Origin: Candidatus Bathyarchaeota archaeon
GTDB taxonomy: Archaea > Thermoproteota > Bathyarchaeia > TCS64
Reading direction: 5' to 3'
DNA: 60,425 nt
NCBI GenBank assembly: GCA_026014515.1
Contig: JAOZIG010000286.1
Location: 1-60,425, forward strand
The notes beneath the pieces are model-generated. The model was not told where the DNA came from, ran no database searches, and saw only the letters and a list, made by a program, of their open reading frames with translations. A program made the translations under genes and the position numbers. Position 1 is the first letter of the stretch. The number at the start of each line of letters is the position of its first letter. Shown in pieces: positions 27,746 through 37,492 of this stretch.

Positions 27746-30700
27746 CGAGCTTGTAACAGATACCCAGGCACTCTGCGTTAGCCTCTACTTGCTCCATCGC
27801 CTTCTGGTAGTTCACATAATAGTCACTGGTCTTGAAGTTGGTCTCAAACCCTGTGCACTCTGTGAAGAGTCCTAGGCATTCAGCCACATGGAACTCTACT
27901 GGGTGTAGGTCGCTATAGTCTATTTCTAGTATGATACTTGTGGTTCCCGGCTGGACGTATTGTAGCCAGTCTAGGAGTCCTCCGCGTAACGCGTAGCATG
28001 CATAGTAGGTGTCTTCCGCTGTGTAGCCGTAGACTATGAAGCCGACTGTCTCGTTGAGGTCCTTGTAGGTGCTGATGAGGGCGTATCCGACATCATCATC
28101 CACTCCGACGCTGCTGTACCATAGTTCATTATCTGGTACGTCTTCCATGGTCATTCCAACATAGTGGTCTAACACTGTGCGTGCCCAGCATCCTGTGGCG
28201 TAGAAGCCGTCCCCGTATTCTGTGAATACCTTGGCGTCTGTGAAGTCGTTGAAGTAATCGGCTGCTAGGTTTGCTAGTGGTCCTCCTACGATGATCATGT
28301 TGCTGCTGCTGATGGCGTATGGGTAGATTGTGTTTCCAGTCCAGTCATCAGGGGTGCACCAATCGTCACGGAAGCTGGTTCTATTGTCGTCAGGTGGATT
28401 CATGTAGTATGGATCTCTTGCGTCTGCGTTTATTGCTGTAAAGTTTCTATGTATCCACGGTATGCTTGGGGCGTTTACTGTTGCCTTTATGTCTAGTCCA
28501 CTGAGCCATACCTCTGTGTTCTTCCAGTCGCACCACGCTGAGCTTAGCATAGCTGCTCCAAGGCTGTCGGATGGTGCCGCGAAGTCGCCTATTACCATCC
28601 ACTCCCATCTTCCTGCATGGAAGCATGAGCCATCCTTGTACATATTCAGCCATGGCGTATCCCAGCTGAAGTTATCTGGGAGTCCACCCCAATTCATTGG
28701 ATAGATCATCTGCTCAGAGCTACTGTGACCAGGCCATGATGCCTCCACATACAAAGCCCACTCAAAGCATCGTCTTTGCATGAAGCCGTATGGGATTCTT
28801 ATCACGAAATAGTCAGGTGCTGTGCCAGTTGGGTCATCCATTCTCATCTCGACTTCTATCTCTGGTGGGAAGTCTTGTTTTATGAATGAGGCGCCGTCCC
28901 AGACATAATATCCTGCAGCTGTGTCTTCTGAGGCTCTTATCTTTACGAGTTTACATCCAGCATTTAGGATTAGGTCTGCTCCTGAGGCCCAGTGCCCAGC
29001 GATGTCTGTCTCGTCAAAGTCTATGATCCATTCAACATAGTCTCGTTGGAATGTTCGTGTCACATCAACTCCGAACATAGTGGTAGTATCCTTGCGTTTA
29101 GCAAAGTCAGTCTCATCGAGTACTAGTTCCCCGGGTAGGAGTAACGTACTGTATAGTACTTTGTATCTATCTGCCCCGTGGTTGTTGTCAATAGTGAGTT
29201 CGTTTGGTCCTGTTATTCTATAGTCGGTGTCTCTTTCTAGCAATACTTGCCCTGAGGGTGTGTATGCTAGGACTTTTTCGGAGTCTTGGCAGTAGTATCC
29301 CCACTTTTCAGGGAACCAGATTATGTGTTCGTCATCTAGACAATCTCGATAGTTACCGTATTTGTCGAATAGGTGGCTTTGGAGAACAATCATGTCTGTC
29401 ATTGTTCCTTTTTGTGCCCATCTGAAAGTGTCTTTATGAGCTATATCGTTCAAGTCTATTGGGTTGAACACTTCATCCAGTTGGTAGAGTACCTCTGAGT
29501 CGATCCTGAAGTAGCCTTCCTCAACTCCTTCAGGCATATCCGGGTCTACTCCGTTATGCAGATCAGTTACTCCATAGACGCTCATGCATCTGAACTGGTG
29601 TGTGCTGTTCTCTGGGTGATCCAAGTCTAGGTCAAAGTCCCACTCTGCGAAGACGTATGGTGTGTCTGGTTCCTCGTTCATTCCGTAGCTGAGAACCGTG
29701 TCTCCGGGCTCGAACAGGGGCTCCATACACTCTAAGGCTGTGCTGTTCTGGGGGGTGTTTCCCTTCATGAATCGCTTGTAGACGACCTTGAAGTTGTCTC
29801 CCCATCCCCACTGGAATGGCTTGATACGTACTGCACCATATGGTCCGATATCAGGTGACCATATCCATTGACCGGGGGTACCGCCTTCCTGTTGTAGCAG
29901 TTTAGCGTATTCACCGTTGGATTCTTCCCTGAACACCCATGGGTCTGTCTCCCATTCTCCTTCTCCACGTGGGTAGGCCACTGGTTCTTTTGGAAGTAAG
30001 ATGACTATCTCCCCAGTTGTATCATTGTAGTATATCCATGGGTCAACTAGGTCATTGGCTGATGTGGGTAACTGTGCCTCATGTTCAAAGGTCTCCATCG
30101 TTGATAACAGGCTTGGAACATCAACGTCATCAGATAGTCTGCGGACGTTGTATGTTTCCGTTACCCATTTTGATATCAACGGTGGCCAGAACGCCGCGAA
30201 TCCCACAAGCTCATTCTCCGATGGGTCACTCGGGTCTCCGATGATCTGGCAGAGATCATAATTAGCTGGGACGCCTCCCTCCGGGTAGTAGAATGGGTGT
30301 TTGATGTACTTGGTTGTCAAGTTATCATAGAACTCTGCGTAGCATCTTGGCGCTGTGCTGAGTCCTATGTCCCACTCTGCTCTTTGGCTGAACTCTATCT
30401 GGAATGGTCCGTCCATCTTGTTGTTGTCGATGCGTTTGACGTCCTTGATCTCAACGACATATTTCTTGACCTTGTTGAAGACAAGCTGTATGGTGAGTTC
30501 CACGAGGGGTACTCCTCCCTGAGCCTTGTCCTTGTCGTAGATGGTTGTGTTCAGTAGGTAGATGGCTTCTCTTTCCCCGTCATAGATGAGCCTGATAGGC
30601 GCTGTTTCCGCGTATCCATTGGTTCTTCTTCCACCGGGTGTATCACTGGGGTCGCTTGCGTCCTTGGTTAGTTGTTCGTTTCTCCATTCGCCTCCTACGC

Positions 30701-31091
30701 CTGCTACTGTTCTGTCTGAGAAGAGGGCGTACGCCCATGTGTTTCTGAGGTATCCTCCTTGTGTGTAGTGGATGTCCATTATCCATCCGCTGCACCAGTC
30801 CTTGATGGGCACCATGCTGTTAGCGAAAACATCAACGCCGTCGTACTTGAGACCGAGTCCCATGTTGTTGTCGATGAGTTCACCGTATTTGCTGAATCCC
30901 ACTTGTAGGCTGGTGTCTTCCCATGGGTAGAGTATGTAGGTGTCGCTGTCTAGTAATCCATAGTCTGTGTATGTGTCGCCTCCTCCCGGGGTTTCGGGTA
31001 GGGCGGCTGTTGCTACTGGTAGCATCCATGTGCTTGATAGTAGAAGTATTGATAGTACTAGTATTGTGAATCTTGGTTTCGTAGTTTTCAT
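27705..31091 (-). CDS. Large secreted protein of unknown function (possible cell-surface/S-layer-like protein)
   Basis: 1128 aa. Signal peptide (FTILVLSILLLSSTWMLPVATAA). W/Y/D-rich with no TM anchor, and I recognise no catalytic motif. Confidence 0.75.
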   Translation of the reverse strand: MKTTKPRFTILVLSILLLSSTWMLPVATAALPETPGGGDTYTDYGLLDSDTYILYPWEDTSLQVGFSKYGELIDNNMGLGLKYDGVDVFANSMVPIKDWCSGWIMDIHYTQGGYLRNTWAYALFSDRTVAGVGGEWRNEQLTKDASDPSDTPGGRRTNGYAETAPIRLIYDGEREAIYLLNTTIYDKDKAQGGVPLVELTIQLVFNKVKKYVVEIKDVKRIDNNKMDGPFQIEFSQRAEWDIGLSTAPRCYAEFYDNLTTKYIKHPFYYPEGGVPANYDLCQIIGDPSDPSENELVGFAAFWPPLISKWVTETYNVRRLSDDVDVPSLLSTMETFEHEAQLPTSANDLVDPWIYYNDTTGEIVILLPKEPVAYPRGEGEWETDPWVFREESNGEYAKLLQQEGGTPGQWIWSPDIGPYGAVRIKPFQWGWGDNFKVVYKRFMKGNTPQNSTALECMEPLFEPGDTVLSYGMNEEPDTPYVFAEWDFDLDLDHPENSTHQFRCMSVYGVTDLHNGVDPDMPEGVEEGYFRIDSEVLYQLDEVFNPIDLNDIAHKDTFRWAQKGTMTDMIVLQSHLFDKYGNYRDCLDDEHIIWFPEKWGYYCQDSEKVLAYTPSGQVLLERDTDYRITGPNELTIDNNHGADRYKVLYSTLLLPGELVLDETDFAKRKDTTTMFGVDVTRTFQRDYVEWIIDFDETDIAGHWASGADLILNAGCKLVKIRASEDTAAGYYVWDGASFIKQDFPPEIEVEMRMDDPTGTAPDYFVIRIPYGFMQRRCFEWALYVEASWPGHSSSEQMIYPMNWGGLPDNFSWDTPWLNMYKDGSCFHAGRWEWMVIGDFAAPSDSLGAAMLSSAWCDWKNTEVWLSGLDIKATVNAPSIPWIHRNFTAINADARDPYYMNPPDDNRTSFRDDWCTPDDWTGNTIYPYAISSSNMIIVGGPLANLAADYFNDFTDAKVFTEYGDGFYATGCWARTVLDHYVGMTMEDVPDNELWYSSVGVDDDVGYALISTYKDLNETVGFIVYGYTAEDTYYACYALRGGLLDWLQYVQPGTTSIILEIDYSDLHPVEFHVAECLGLFTECTGFETNFKTSDYYVNYQKAMEQVEANAECLGICYKLVDITWCAQVHPDP

Positions 31092-31146
31092 TTACGTTTC
31101 CCATCAAAACTCGATTTTTAGTTGATTAAAACACTAAGTTACCAGA

Positions 31147-31165
31147 TGTCACCATCTTGGTGACA
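31147..31165. promoter_or_regulatory. Perfect palindrome TGTCACCA-TCT-TGGTGACA, candidate operator
   Basis: Read directly: 8-bp arms with a 3-nt spacer, 56-74 nt upstream of the start (31091) of the large secreted-protein gene and just downstream of the wHTH gene. Related GGTG(T/A)CA half-sites occur at 31199-31205 and 31213-31219. Confidence 0.45.
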
Positions 31166-31183
31166 CTTGTTTCTAAAGTCTCT

Positions 31184-31196
31184 GGGTTACAGTATT
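31184..31196. repeat. 13-nt motif GGGTTACAGTATT, copy 1
   Basis: An identical 13-mer is also present at 31613-31625. Each copy lies upstream of a minus-strand gene start (31091 and 31559). Confidence 0.4.
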
Positions 31197-31205
31197 TTGG
31201 TGTCA

Positions 31206-31559
31206 TCATGTCGGTGACAGCAGATTGTCTTTCACTGAATCGATCAGGTTCCTAGCCATCAATTCCTTAAACTCATCTTCAGAGTACTGACTATAGAAGA
31301 GAATCCTAAGTCCTCCACGTCCAGTACCCGTATCAAAGGATATGATTTCTTTCTCAGCTAACTCATCAAGAAAATGATAGACGGTTGCCCTTGAGACCCG
31401 TTTATCTAGGTTGTCACATACTTTGTCCCAGATTTGCTTGGTGGTGAATTTTTTCATTGGTTTTGCCCAAAGGCATCTTATTGTTTGTATCTGCCATTCT
31501 CTAAATAGTGTCCTGAGTCCCTTCTTCTCAGGGTCGAATTTGAGTGCAGATTGCATCAT
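31206..31559 (-). CDS. Small winged-helix DNA-binding transcription regulator
   Basis: 117 aa. Predicted recognition-helix region KRVSRATVYHFLDELAEKEIISF, with the wing at TGTGRGGLRILF. Confidence 0.7.
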   Translation of the reverse strand: MMQSALKFDPEKKGLRTLFREWQIQTIRCLWAKPMKKFTTKQIWDKVCDNLDKRVSRATVYHFLDELAEKEIISFDTGTGRGGLRILFYSQYSEDEFKELMARNLIDSVKDNLLSPT

Positions 31560-31612
31560 TATTTTTTCTTATTTATTGGATTAATCTCTACTGAGTTATG
31601 TCAGATTTTTTC

Positions 31613-31625
31613 GGGTTACAGTATT
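31613..31625. repeat. 13-nt motif GGGTTACAGTATT, copy 2
   Basis: Identical to 31184-31196. It lies 54-66 nt upstream of the wHTH gene start. Confidence 0.4.
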
Positions 31626-31641
31626 CTTAAAAATAGAAAAA

Positions 31642-32529
31642 TTAGGGAGATAATCCCATATGGTAAAGGTCAGCCTCAGCAGCGATATAACCGAAACCTG
31701 CCCAGCCTTCAACGGCTACAATGTCTCTTAGAATCTTTGCTGCCTTCTCCTTTTCACCTGTATAATGGTACCAGTTAGCTACTCCATACCCTGTGGTGAC
31801 TAAACCGAGATCGCCCATCTCGTAGGCTTCTTTCATCAAATCTTCTGGAGTGTTTTCTCCTTTATACATCATGAGGCATTTGTGGTAGTGGTGGTTCTCG
31901 ATAACATCCATATCTGCGGTGATCTTTTCTAGAATTTTCTCTGCCTCTGCTTTTCTGCCTAGTCTTCTTAATGTCATGTAGTACCAGTGGGCTGTTGCGA
32001 TGACCTTGTCATCGATCTCTGATGCCTTCATACACATCTCATAGGCGTGTAGAGCCTTCTCAAAGTCAGCCTTCAAGTAGTAAGCAAGTCCCAAATGATA
32101 CCATATGTTGAAGTGGAGGCTACTCACAGGTATTCCACGCTCGTTTGGAATACCGTCGGGCTCGATCTCGTCTGGTTTTCCTTCTATAAGTTCGGCTGCT
32201 TTCTCAAAGTCGCTAATAGCTTGATCAAAGAATCTGAGTGTGATGAATCTATGTGCCCTGTGTCTGTACATTCGTGGGTCTGTTGGGTGTTTCTCTATGC
32301 CCATGCTGTAGATGGCGATTGATTTCCTGAAATCACCGATGTAGGCTGTTCTTCTGCCCAACCAGATGATGTTATCAGCGTCCTCGGGGTCAGACTCATA
32401 GTTCTTCAGTGCCTCATCGTAGAGTTTCTTCTGCCTCTCCAAGATGTCTGCTCTGAGAGGTGTTTTGAATAGTGGCTCACCAAATAAGCTGAAGGTTTCG
32501 GGGTCCTCGGGTAGTTTTATTGTTGGCAT
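31642..32529 (-). CDS. TPR-like repeat protein (paralogue of 53131..53994)
   Basis: 295 aa. Shares FSLFGEPL, WLGR..AY.G..R.AI.IY, RHRAHR, YHLGLAY, TTGYGVAN and GFGYIAAE.DL blocks with the 53131..53994 product. Confidence 0.75.
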   Translation of the reverse strand: MPTIKLPEDPETFSLFGEPLFKTPLRADILERQKKLYDEALKNYESDPEDADNIIWLGRRTAYIGDFRKSIAIYSMGIEKHPTDPRMYRHRAHRFITLRFFDQAISDFEKAAELIEGKPDEIEPDGIPNERGIPVSSLHFNIWYHLGLAYYLKADFEKALHAYEMCMKASEIDDKVIATAHWYYMTLRRLGRKAEAEKILEKITADMDVIENHHYHKCLMMYKGENTPEDLMKEAYEMGDLGLVTTGYGVANWYHYTGEKEKAAKILRDIVAVEGWAGFGYIAAEADLYHMGLSP

Positions 32530-32599
32530 TCTTGTTCACCAGAATAACATTTGATGCGGATGGGCGGTGTTTAAGTTTGCTGTAAGGTTTTAAGGAGGC

Positions 32600-34219
32600 T
32601 TGATTATTCTAGGGGGAAGAGGATTAATATTGACTGAGGGACGCAACTGGAACCGCGTACAGACCACAATGGCGGTTATAATCATATTCATGATTCTTGG
32701 ATTCGCTGGACTCTATTTCTGGGAACCAGATGACGCTGTAAGCTTCACAAAACATGGTACAGTAGGAATAATCGAGGTCTATGGAGTAGTAGACGAGAGT
32801 TATCAAGCGTATATCTTGTCCTCAGCGGTAGAAGAAGCCCTCAACGATAACGATGTAAAAGCAGTTGTACTGGAGATTGATAGCCCCGGAGGCTCAGCCT
32901 ACCTTATAGAACAAGTCTATCTAGACTTATTAGAGCTCAAAACCGAGAAACCAATCGTAGCATCCATATCCATGGCGCTATCAGGAGGATATTATATCGC
33001 TGTAGCAGCCGACCATGTCTATACATTGCCCTCAGCTATGGTTGGAAACGTTGGTGTCATCGGCACTGGACCGGGCTGGATTGTTCCTAGCGAGACCACC
33101 CTTGAGACTGGTCCAAACAAGATAACCGGGTTCAGCCCAGAAAAGTTCCCCTTTGACCTTACTACGGTTCTTCAAAGTTTCAGTGATGCCGTGGAGACTG
33201 GAAGGGGTGATGCCCTGAATATACCCATGTCTACGGTGACAAAAGGTTCTATCTGGATGGGTGTTGATGCTGTTGAGGATGGTTTAGCTGATGAGGTTGG
33301 CTCGCTTCAGACTGCAATCAAGTATGCTGCTGAGTTAGCTAACCTTGAAGACTATGATGTTGAATCACTAGTCGCACGAGTCGCTGAAAGCTATGAAGCT
33401 ATAGAGATAACTTATCCATCAATAGCGGAGTTAAACGAAAAGAATCCTCCGCCAGCAATCTACTATCTATATCTGCCTGAGCAGATTTACGCCCAGAGCG
33501 AGACACCTGCTAACCAGACAGAGTCAATGAACGTGACCAGCATCAGGGGTGACGTATTGGTGGATATGAGTCACGGTAACGCTATCAGTCCATGGATACT
33601 TGATGCCTTCGCTAGACTAGTTACAGAAGAAGGTATGGTAGTCGGGTATTCTGATAGCTGGAGTAATATCGAGGACGCCTTGAACGAGACCAAGGCGCTA
33701 GTAATCGCCTGCCCAACACAATACTACTCCAACGAGGAATATGAGAAGATCAACTCATGGGTAATCCGAGGAGGAACCCTGATACTACTGGGTGATGCAA
33801 GCGCTGATTTCCTAAGCGTCTATACGTTACAGGCTCCACTGAACAGCCTCAGCGAGCACTGGGGAATCCACTATGGAAACGGCTATCTCTACAACCTAGA
33901 GGAAAACTACGGCTACTATCGAAACATCATCGTAGATGACATCAGAGACAGCTTCCTATCTGAAGGCGTCGATGAACTGGTATTCTACACCGCTGGACCA
34001 GTCTACTCAGCGAGCCGAGGCTACATGACCACAAGCACTCACACCTATGACTCAGTTACCGAGAGACCGGGAGAATATGATGTGGTTGCCATCTACAAGC
34101 TTGGAGACCAGAAGGTAATCGCCTTCGGAGACATGACTTGGCTCATGGAGCCATACGTTAACGCAGCCGACAACTATAGGCTACTAGAAAACTTGGTTGA
34201 GGCAATAGCCTCAGACTAG
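32600..34219 (+). CDS. sppA: Membrane-anchored signal peptide peptidase SppA (S49) fused to a C-terminal DUF4350/GATase1-like domain
   Basis: 539 aa. TM helix (MAVIIIFMILGFAGLYFW), S49 motifs LEIDSPGGS and SMALSGGYYIA, then about 250 extra residues with ALVIACPTQYYSNEEYEKINSWVIRGGTLILLGD. TTG start; an internal ATG at 32669 is an alternative. Confidence 0.75.
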   Translation: MIILGGRGLILTEGRNWNRVQTTMAVIIIFMILGFAGLYFWEPDDAVSFTKHGTVGIIEVYGVVDESYQAYILSSAVEEALNDNDVKAVVLEIDSPGGSAYLIEQVYLDLLELKTEKPIVASISMALSGGYYIAVAADHVYTLPSAMVGNVGVIGTGPGWIVPSETTLETGPNKITGFSPEKFPFDLTTVLQSFSDAVETGRGDALNIPMSTVTKGSIWMGVDAVEDGLADEVGSLQTAIKYAAELANLEDYDVESLVARVAESYEAIEITYPSIAELNEKNPPPAIYYLYLPEQIYAQSETPANQTESMNVTSIRGDVLVDMSHGNAISPWILDAFARLVTEEGMVVGYSDSWSNIEDALNETKALVIACPTQYYSNEEYEKINSWVIRGGTLILLGDASADFLSVYTLQAPLNSLSEHWGIHYGNGYLYNLEENYGYYRNIIVDDIRDSFLSEGVDELVFYTAGPVYSASRGYMTTSTHTYDSVTERPGEYDVVAIYKLGDQKVIAFGDMTWLMEPYVNAADNYRLLENLVEAIASD

Positions 34220-34220
34220 A

Positions 34221-35408
34221 TTATTTAGCTAGCTCGTGGACGACGGCAACCCACACTTTAGCCATTTTTATCAAGCTATCAATGTAGACAAACTCGTCAG
34301 GTCCATGTGCTCCGCCGCCTATGGGGCCAAAGCCTATGGTCTGCATTCCTGCTTGTCTGTATAGGCGTCCATCAGTGCTACCAGCCCATGTTACGTATAA
34401 CTCGGGCTCAGTGCCTAACGCTGTTTTTACTGCTTTCTTGAAGGCTTGTCCTAGCTCGGATTCTGGGCTCGTATAGTTGGCTGGTGTATACTGCCAGCTT
34501 CCGTCCTCGTTCTTTGGGGCGATAATCTCCCATTTCCAGTCCGGGTCTCCCTCACCTGCCTTGTCAAGGTCAGCCTTAACCTCGGCTACTACATCATCAG
34601 CTGTCTCCCCGATTATTAGCCGTCTATCTACTGTGATTGTGCATTCTGCTGGGACTTGGTTTGAGACTGTTCCCGCCTGTATGATGTTGACGCTCTGCAT
34701 CGGGTGACCGATCCATTCATGGAATTTGTCGATATGATGCTCCAGCGCCAATACGCCTTTGCTTGCCTTCGCAATAGCGTTGATCCCAGTTACCCTTGAG
34801 GCGGCTGTATGTGCTGCTCTACCATAGAACTTGACTTGGTATCCGAACATGCCTCGCTCAGCGACACGCACCTGTAGATTGCTCTGTTCACCTATCACCA
34901 CATAGTCTGGACGCCTCAACTCACCGGCAACAATCTTGTCAACTACTATCTTGCTTCCAGCTTGTGCTCCTCTTTCCTCGTCGGGCACAAGATGCACCCC
35001 TACGCCGAGAGGTAAGTCCATGTCTTTGAGTATCTCAAGGAGGTGGATCATGGTTGCGCAGCTTGATTTCATGTCGCTTGAGCCTCTACCATAGAGCATA
35101 CCCTCCTCTACTACTGGTTTCCATGGGTCTTTTGTCCATGCGTCGGGCTTCGCGATTGGTACCACGTCTAGGTGTCCATTGAATATGATCTGTTTCTCGG
35201 CTTCTGGGTTGATGCACGCGTAGATTATGGGGCGTTCCTCTGATCCAAGTACCTCTACATGTATTCCCATGTCTTCAAGGAGCTTTACTGCGTGCTCCAT
35301 TACCTCTTTCTCGTTCCCAGAAATGCTGGGAATCTCTATTACTTGCTTCGATAGCTCGATGATACGGTTCTCATCCACGAGCTTCAAGGCATCTGATAGG
35401 CTAGTCAT
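34221..35408 (-). CDS. M20-family metallopeptidase/deacylase (ArgE/DapE-like)
   Basis: 395 aa. Motifs NGHLDVVP, GRGSSDMKS, PDEERG and GSTDGR are typical of M20. Confidence 0.85.
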   Translation of the reverse strand: MTSLSDALKLVDENRIIELSKQVIEIPSISGNEKEVMEHAVKLLEDMGIHVEVLGSEERPIIYACINPEAEKQIIFNGHLDVVPIAKPDAWTKDPWKPVVEEGMLYGRGSSDMKSSCATMIHLLEILKDMDLPLGVGVHLVPDEERGAQAGSKIVVDKIVAGELRRPDYVVIGEQSNLQVRVAERGMFGYQVKFYGRAAHTAASRVTGINAIAKASKGVLALEHHIDKFHEWIGHPMQSVNIIQAGTVSNQVPAECTITVDRRLIIGETADDVVAEVKADLDKAGEGDPDWKWEIIAPKNEDGSWQYTPANYTSPESELGQAFKKAVKTALGTEPELYVTWAGSTDGRLYRQAGMQTIGFGPIGGGAHGPDEFVYIDSLIKMAKVWVAVVHELAK

Positions 35409-35441
35409 GGCTTATTGTCTGTCTTTCGCTGATTTAAGCCC

Positions 35442-37448
35442 TCAGAGTTCAATAATGGTCTCTTTGTCTTTGAACTTCTTGAACGTGCTCTGTTTTCTAC
35501 TCGCACTCTTTCTTATGATGGGCTCCTCTCCCATCGCCCACTTACTGATGAGGTTCCTGTGCTCATAGTAGCGTCTATCCAGCAACCAGTAATGACACCA
35601 GTCATCTCTACCACGAATACCCCTACCGAGACTCTGGTTAGCCGCCCTGAAAGCATCCATAGTATACCATTTGTTACCGAGTCCCTTCTTCTGTTTGTTG
35701 AAGTAGTTCATCTGTGCCTTCACTAGGGGGTCACCGTAGTTTGCGTAGGGTACACCTACGAGGAATATTCCTCTTGCTTGGTCCTCTGGGAAGTTGCTTC
35801 CTTCACTGTTTCTACCCCTGAAAACACAGCATAACACAGCGCCACCGAGACTCACAGACATGTTCTTGTATCTGGTTACCACGTCTCGGTTCTGTGCGGC
35901 GTCTCTTCCCTCCCTGAATAACTGTTTGCCGCCAAGGTATGGTATCCCGTTTTGTGTCTTTACGATGCCTTTCTTGGTCCATGCATCAATACAGTTGTTC
36001 ATGAATCCCCTTTGGGTAAAGAATATGAGGGCTCCTTGGTTTACTTTCTCAAGGTCAGATGCGATGGTTGAACCCATCTTGGCTATCATCTGCTCGGTAC
36101 GTTCATTATACACCGACGAGATGCCCGTGTCGATGGTCATCTTGATCTTTTCTGATTTCTGTATCGGTGGATAGACCTGTTTCTCGGCTTTCTCCTGTCC
36201 AATAATCTCGGCAAATGTATCAATGGGGCTCAGAGTACCACTCATGATAAGCACACCATCAGCATCCTGTACAACAGGCTCTACTGCGAGACTTGGATCA
36301 AGACACCTGTACTCTATTACAGGCGCCCCATAATAGTTGCGCGTATACAATCCAACGTATCTATTCTTCTGGCTCGTCTGAAGCAACTCAAAGAACTCCA
36401 GTAACCCATTCAGATAGCTTACAGGTGGGTTTCGGTTCTGAATCTTAATAGATCTGATTGCGTCAACAAAGGGGGCATGTCCCTCTATGAAGGTGTGAAT
36501 ATCTGTTCGGAGGGCTTTCTCTAGTTCCTCCTCCAATATGCTTGGAGCAACGAGTCTGGGCTTACCGCTATCATTCTTCAACAGATGCTCACCGAGTCGG
36601 TTGATATAACGAGCTGATTTTCCGATGAGCCTCATCTCCTCCGCTGCGGCACTCAAACCACGCTCCGTCAAGGTATCGCTGAGAATCTCTTGACCAACTT
36701 GGTCAATATTATGGCCCTCATCGAGGATGAGTATTTTTTTTTCCAAGTCTAGCCCAGTCATGAGCCGGATCATGGGGTTGAAAATATACGGATAAGGCGC
36801 CACAATCACGTTCACATCCTTTGCAACGCGTCTTGAGAGGAAGTATGGACAGATTTTTCTCTTCTGACCTTCAGCTATGAGTTCTTTTCTCCCGAGAATA
36901 ATCGGTAAGCCCTTCGGTGGGTTCTCTATCTCGTGGATATATGGGCACTCATCGTTTTTTCTAAGAGTATGACAATACTCTTGAGCTTCATTTGATGGAA
37001 GCTCCCTGCATTCAGAGTTTATACAGAGAAACGCCCTGCTTGCTAGGTTCACCGCCGAATACTTTTCACCTGATTTATCGTTGATACTCTCTAACTCAAG
37101 CAATACCTGACGAACCTGCTCATGGGTACGTGTAGCATAGATAATCTGTTTACCCGTTGGAAGAAGACAGCTTAGGGTACTGATGGTCTTCCCGAAGCCG
37201 TTACAGGCTTCCGCAATCAATACACCGCCTTTAGCGACGGTTCTCTGAACATCCTCTATGAACTCTACCTGCGGTTGATATGGTTCATATGGGAAAAGGT
37301 CTCTCCAATCCTTCCTCGGTGCATTACTAGGCACTATTTCTAGGAGTGTTTCACAGTCTCTGCAGAATCTGTCTTCCTCGTATTCTTCTAAACTGTATGA
37401 TTTACCACATTTGGGGCACTGTGCAGAGGAAGCCATAGCAGTACCCAT
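35442..37448 (-). CDS. xpd: XPD/Rad3-family SF2 DNA helicase with an N-terminal zinc ribbon
   Basis: 668 aa. Zn ribbon CPKCG...CRDC, Walker A ACNGFGKT, a Cys-rich FeS-domain region (CINSEC..C..C..C), DEGH box (ILDEGHNI), motif V/VI RGRNSEGSNF and QSLGRGIRGRDD. Confidence 0.85.
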   Translation of the reverse strand: MGTAMASSAQCPKCGKSYSLEEYEEDRFCRDCETLLEIVPSNAPRKDWRDLFPYEPYQPQVEFIEDVQRTVAKGGVLIAEACNGFGKTISTLSCLLPTGKQIIYATRTHEQVRQVLLELESINDKSGEKYSAVNLASRAFLCINSECRELPSNEAQEYCHTLRKNDECPYIHEIENPPKGLPIILGRKELIAEGQKRKICPYFLSRRVAKDVNVIVAPYPYIFNPMIRLMTGLDLEKKILILDEGHNIDQVGQEILSDTLTERGLSAAAEEMRLIGKSARYINRLGEHLLKNDSGKPRLVAPSILEEELEKALRTDIHTFIEGHAPFVDAIRSIKIQNRNPPVSYLNGLLEFFELLQTSQKNRYVGLYTRNYYGAPVIEYRCLDPSLAVEPVVQDADGVLIMSGTLSPIDTFAEIIGQEKAEKQVYPPIQKSEKIKMTIDTGISSVYNERTEQMIAKMGSTIASDLEKVNQGALIFFTQRGFMNNCIDAWTKKGIVKTQNGIPYLGGKQLFREGRDAAQNRDVVTRYKNMSVSLGGAVLCCVFRGRNSEGSNFPEDQARGIFLVGVPYANYGDPLVKAQMNYFNKQKKGLGNKWYTMDAFRAANQSLGRGIRGRDDWCHYWLLDRRYYEHRNLISKWAMGEEPIIRKSASRKQSTFKKFKDKETIIEL

Positions 37449-37492
37449 ACAATGGAATACAATTTAAAGCACATGTTCTCAAAATCAGCGGA

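Noticed and set aside
35442-35500. PIP-box-like KQSTFKKF near the C-terminus of the XPD-like helicase
   Set aside because: It matches only Q and one aromatic position of Qxx(L/I/M)xx(F/Y)(F/Y), which is too weak to claim PCNA binding.
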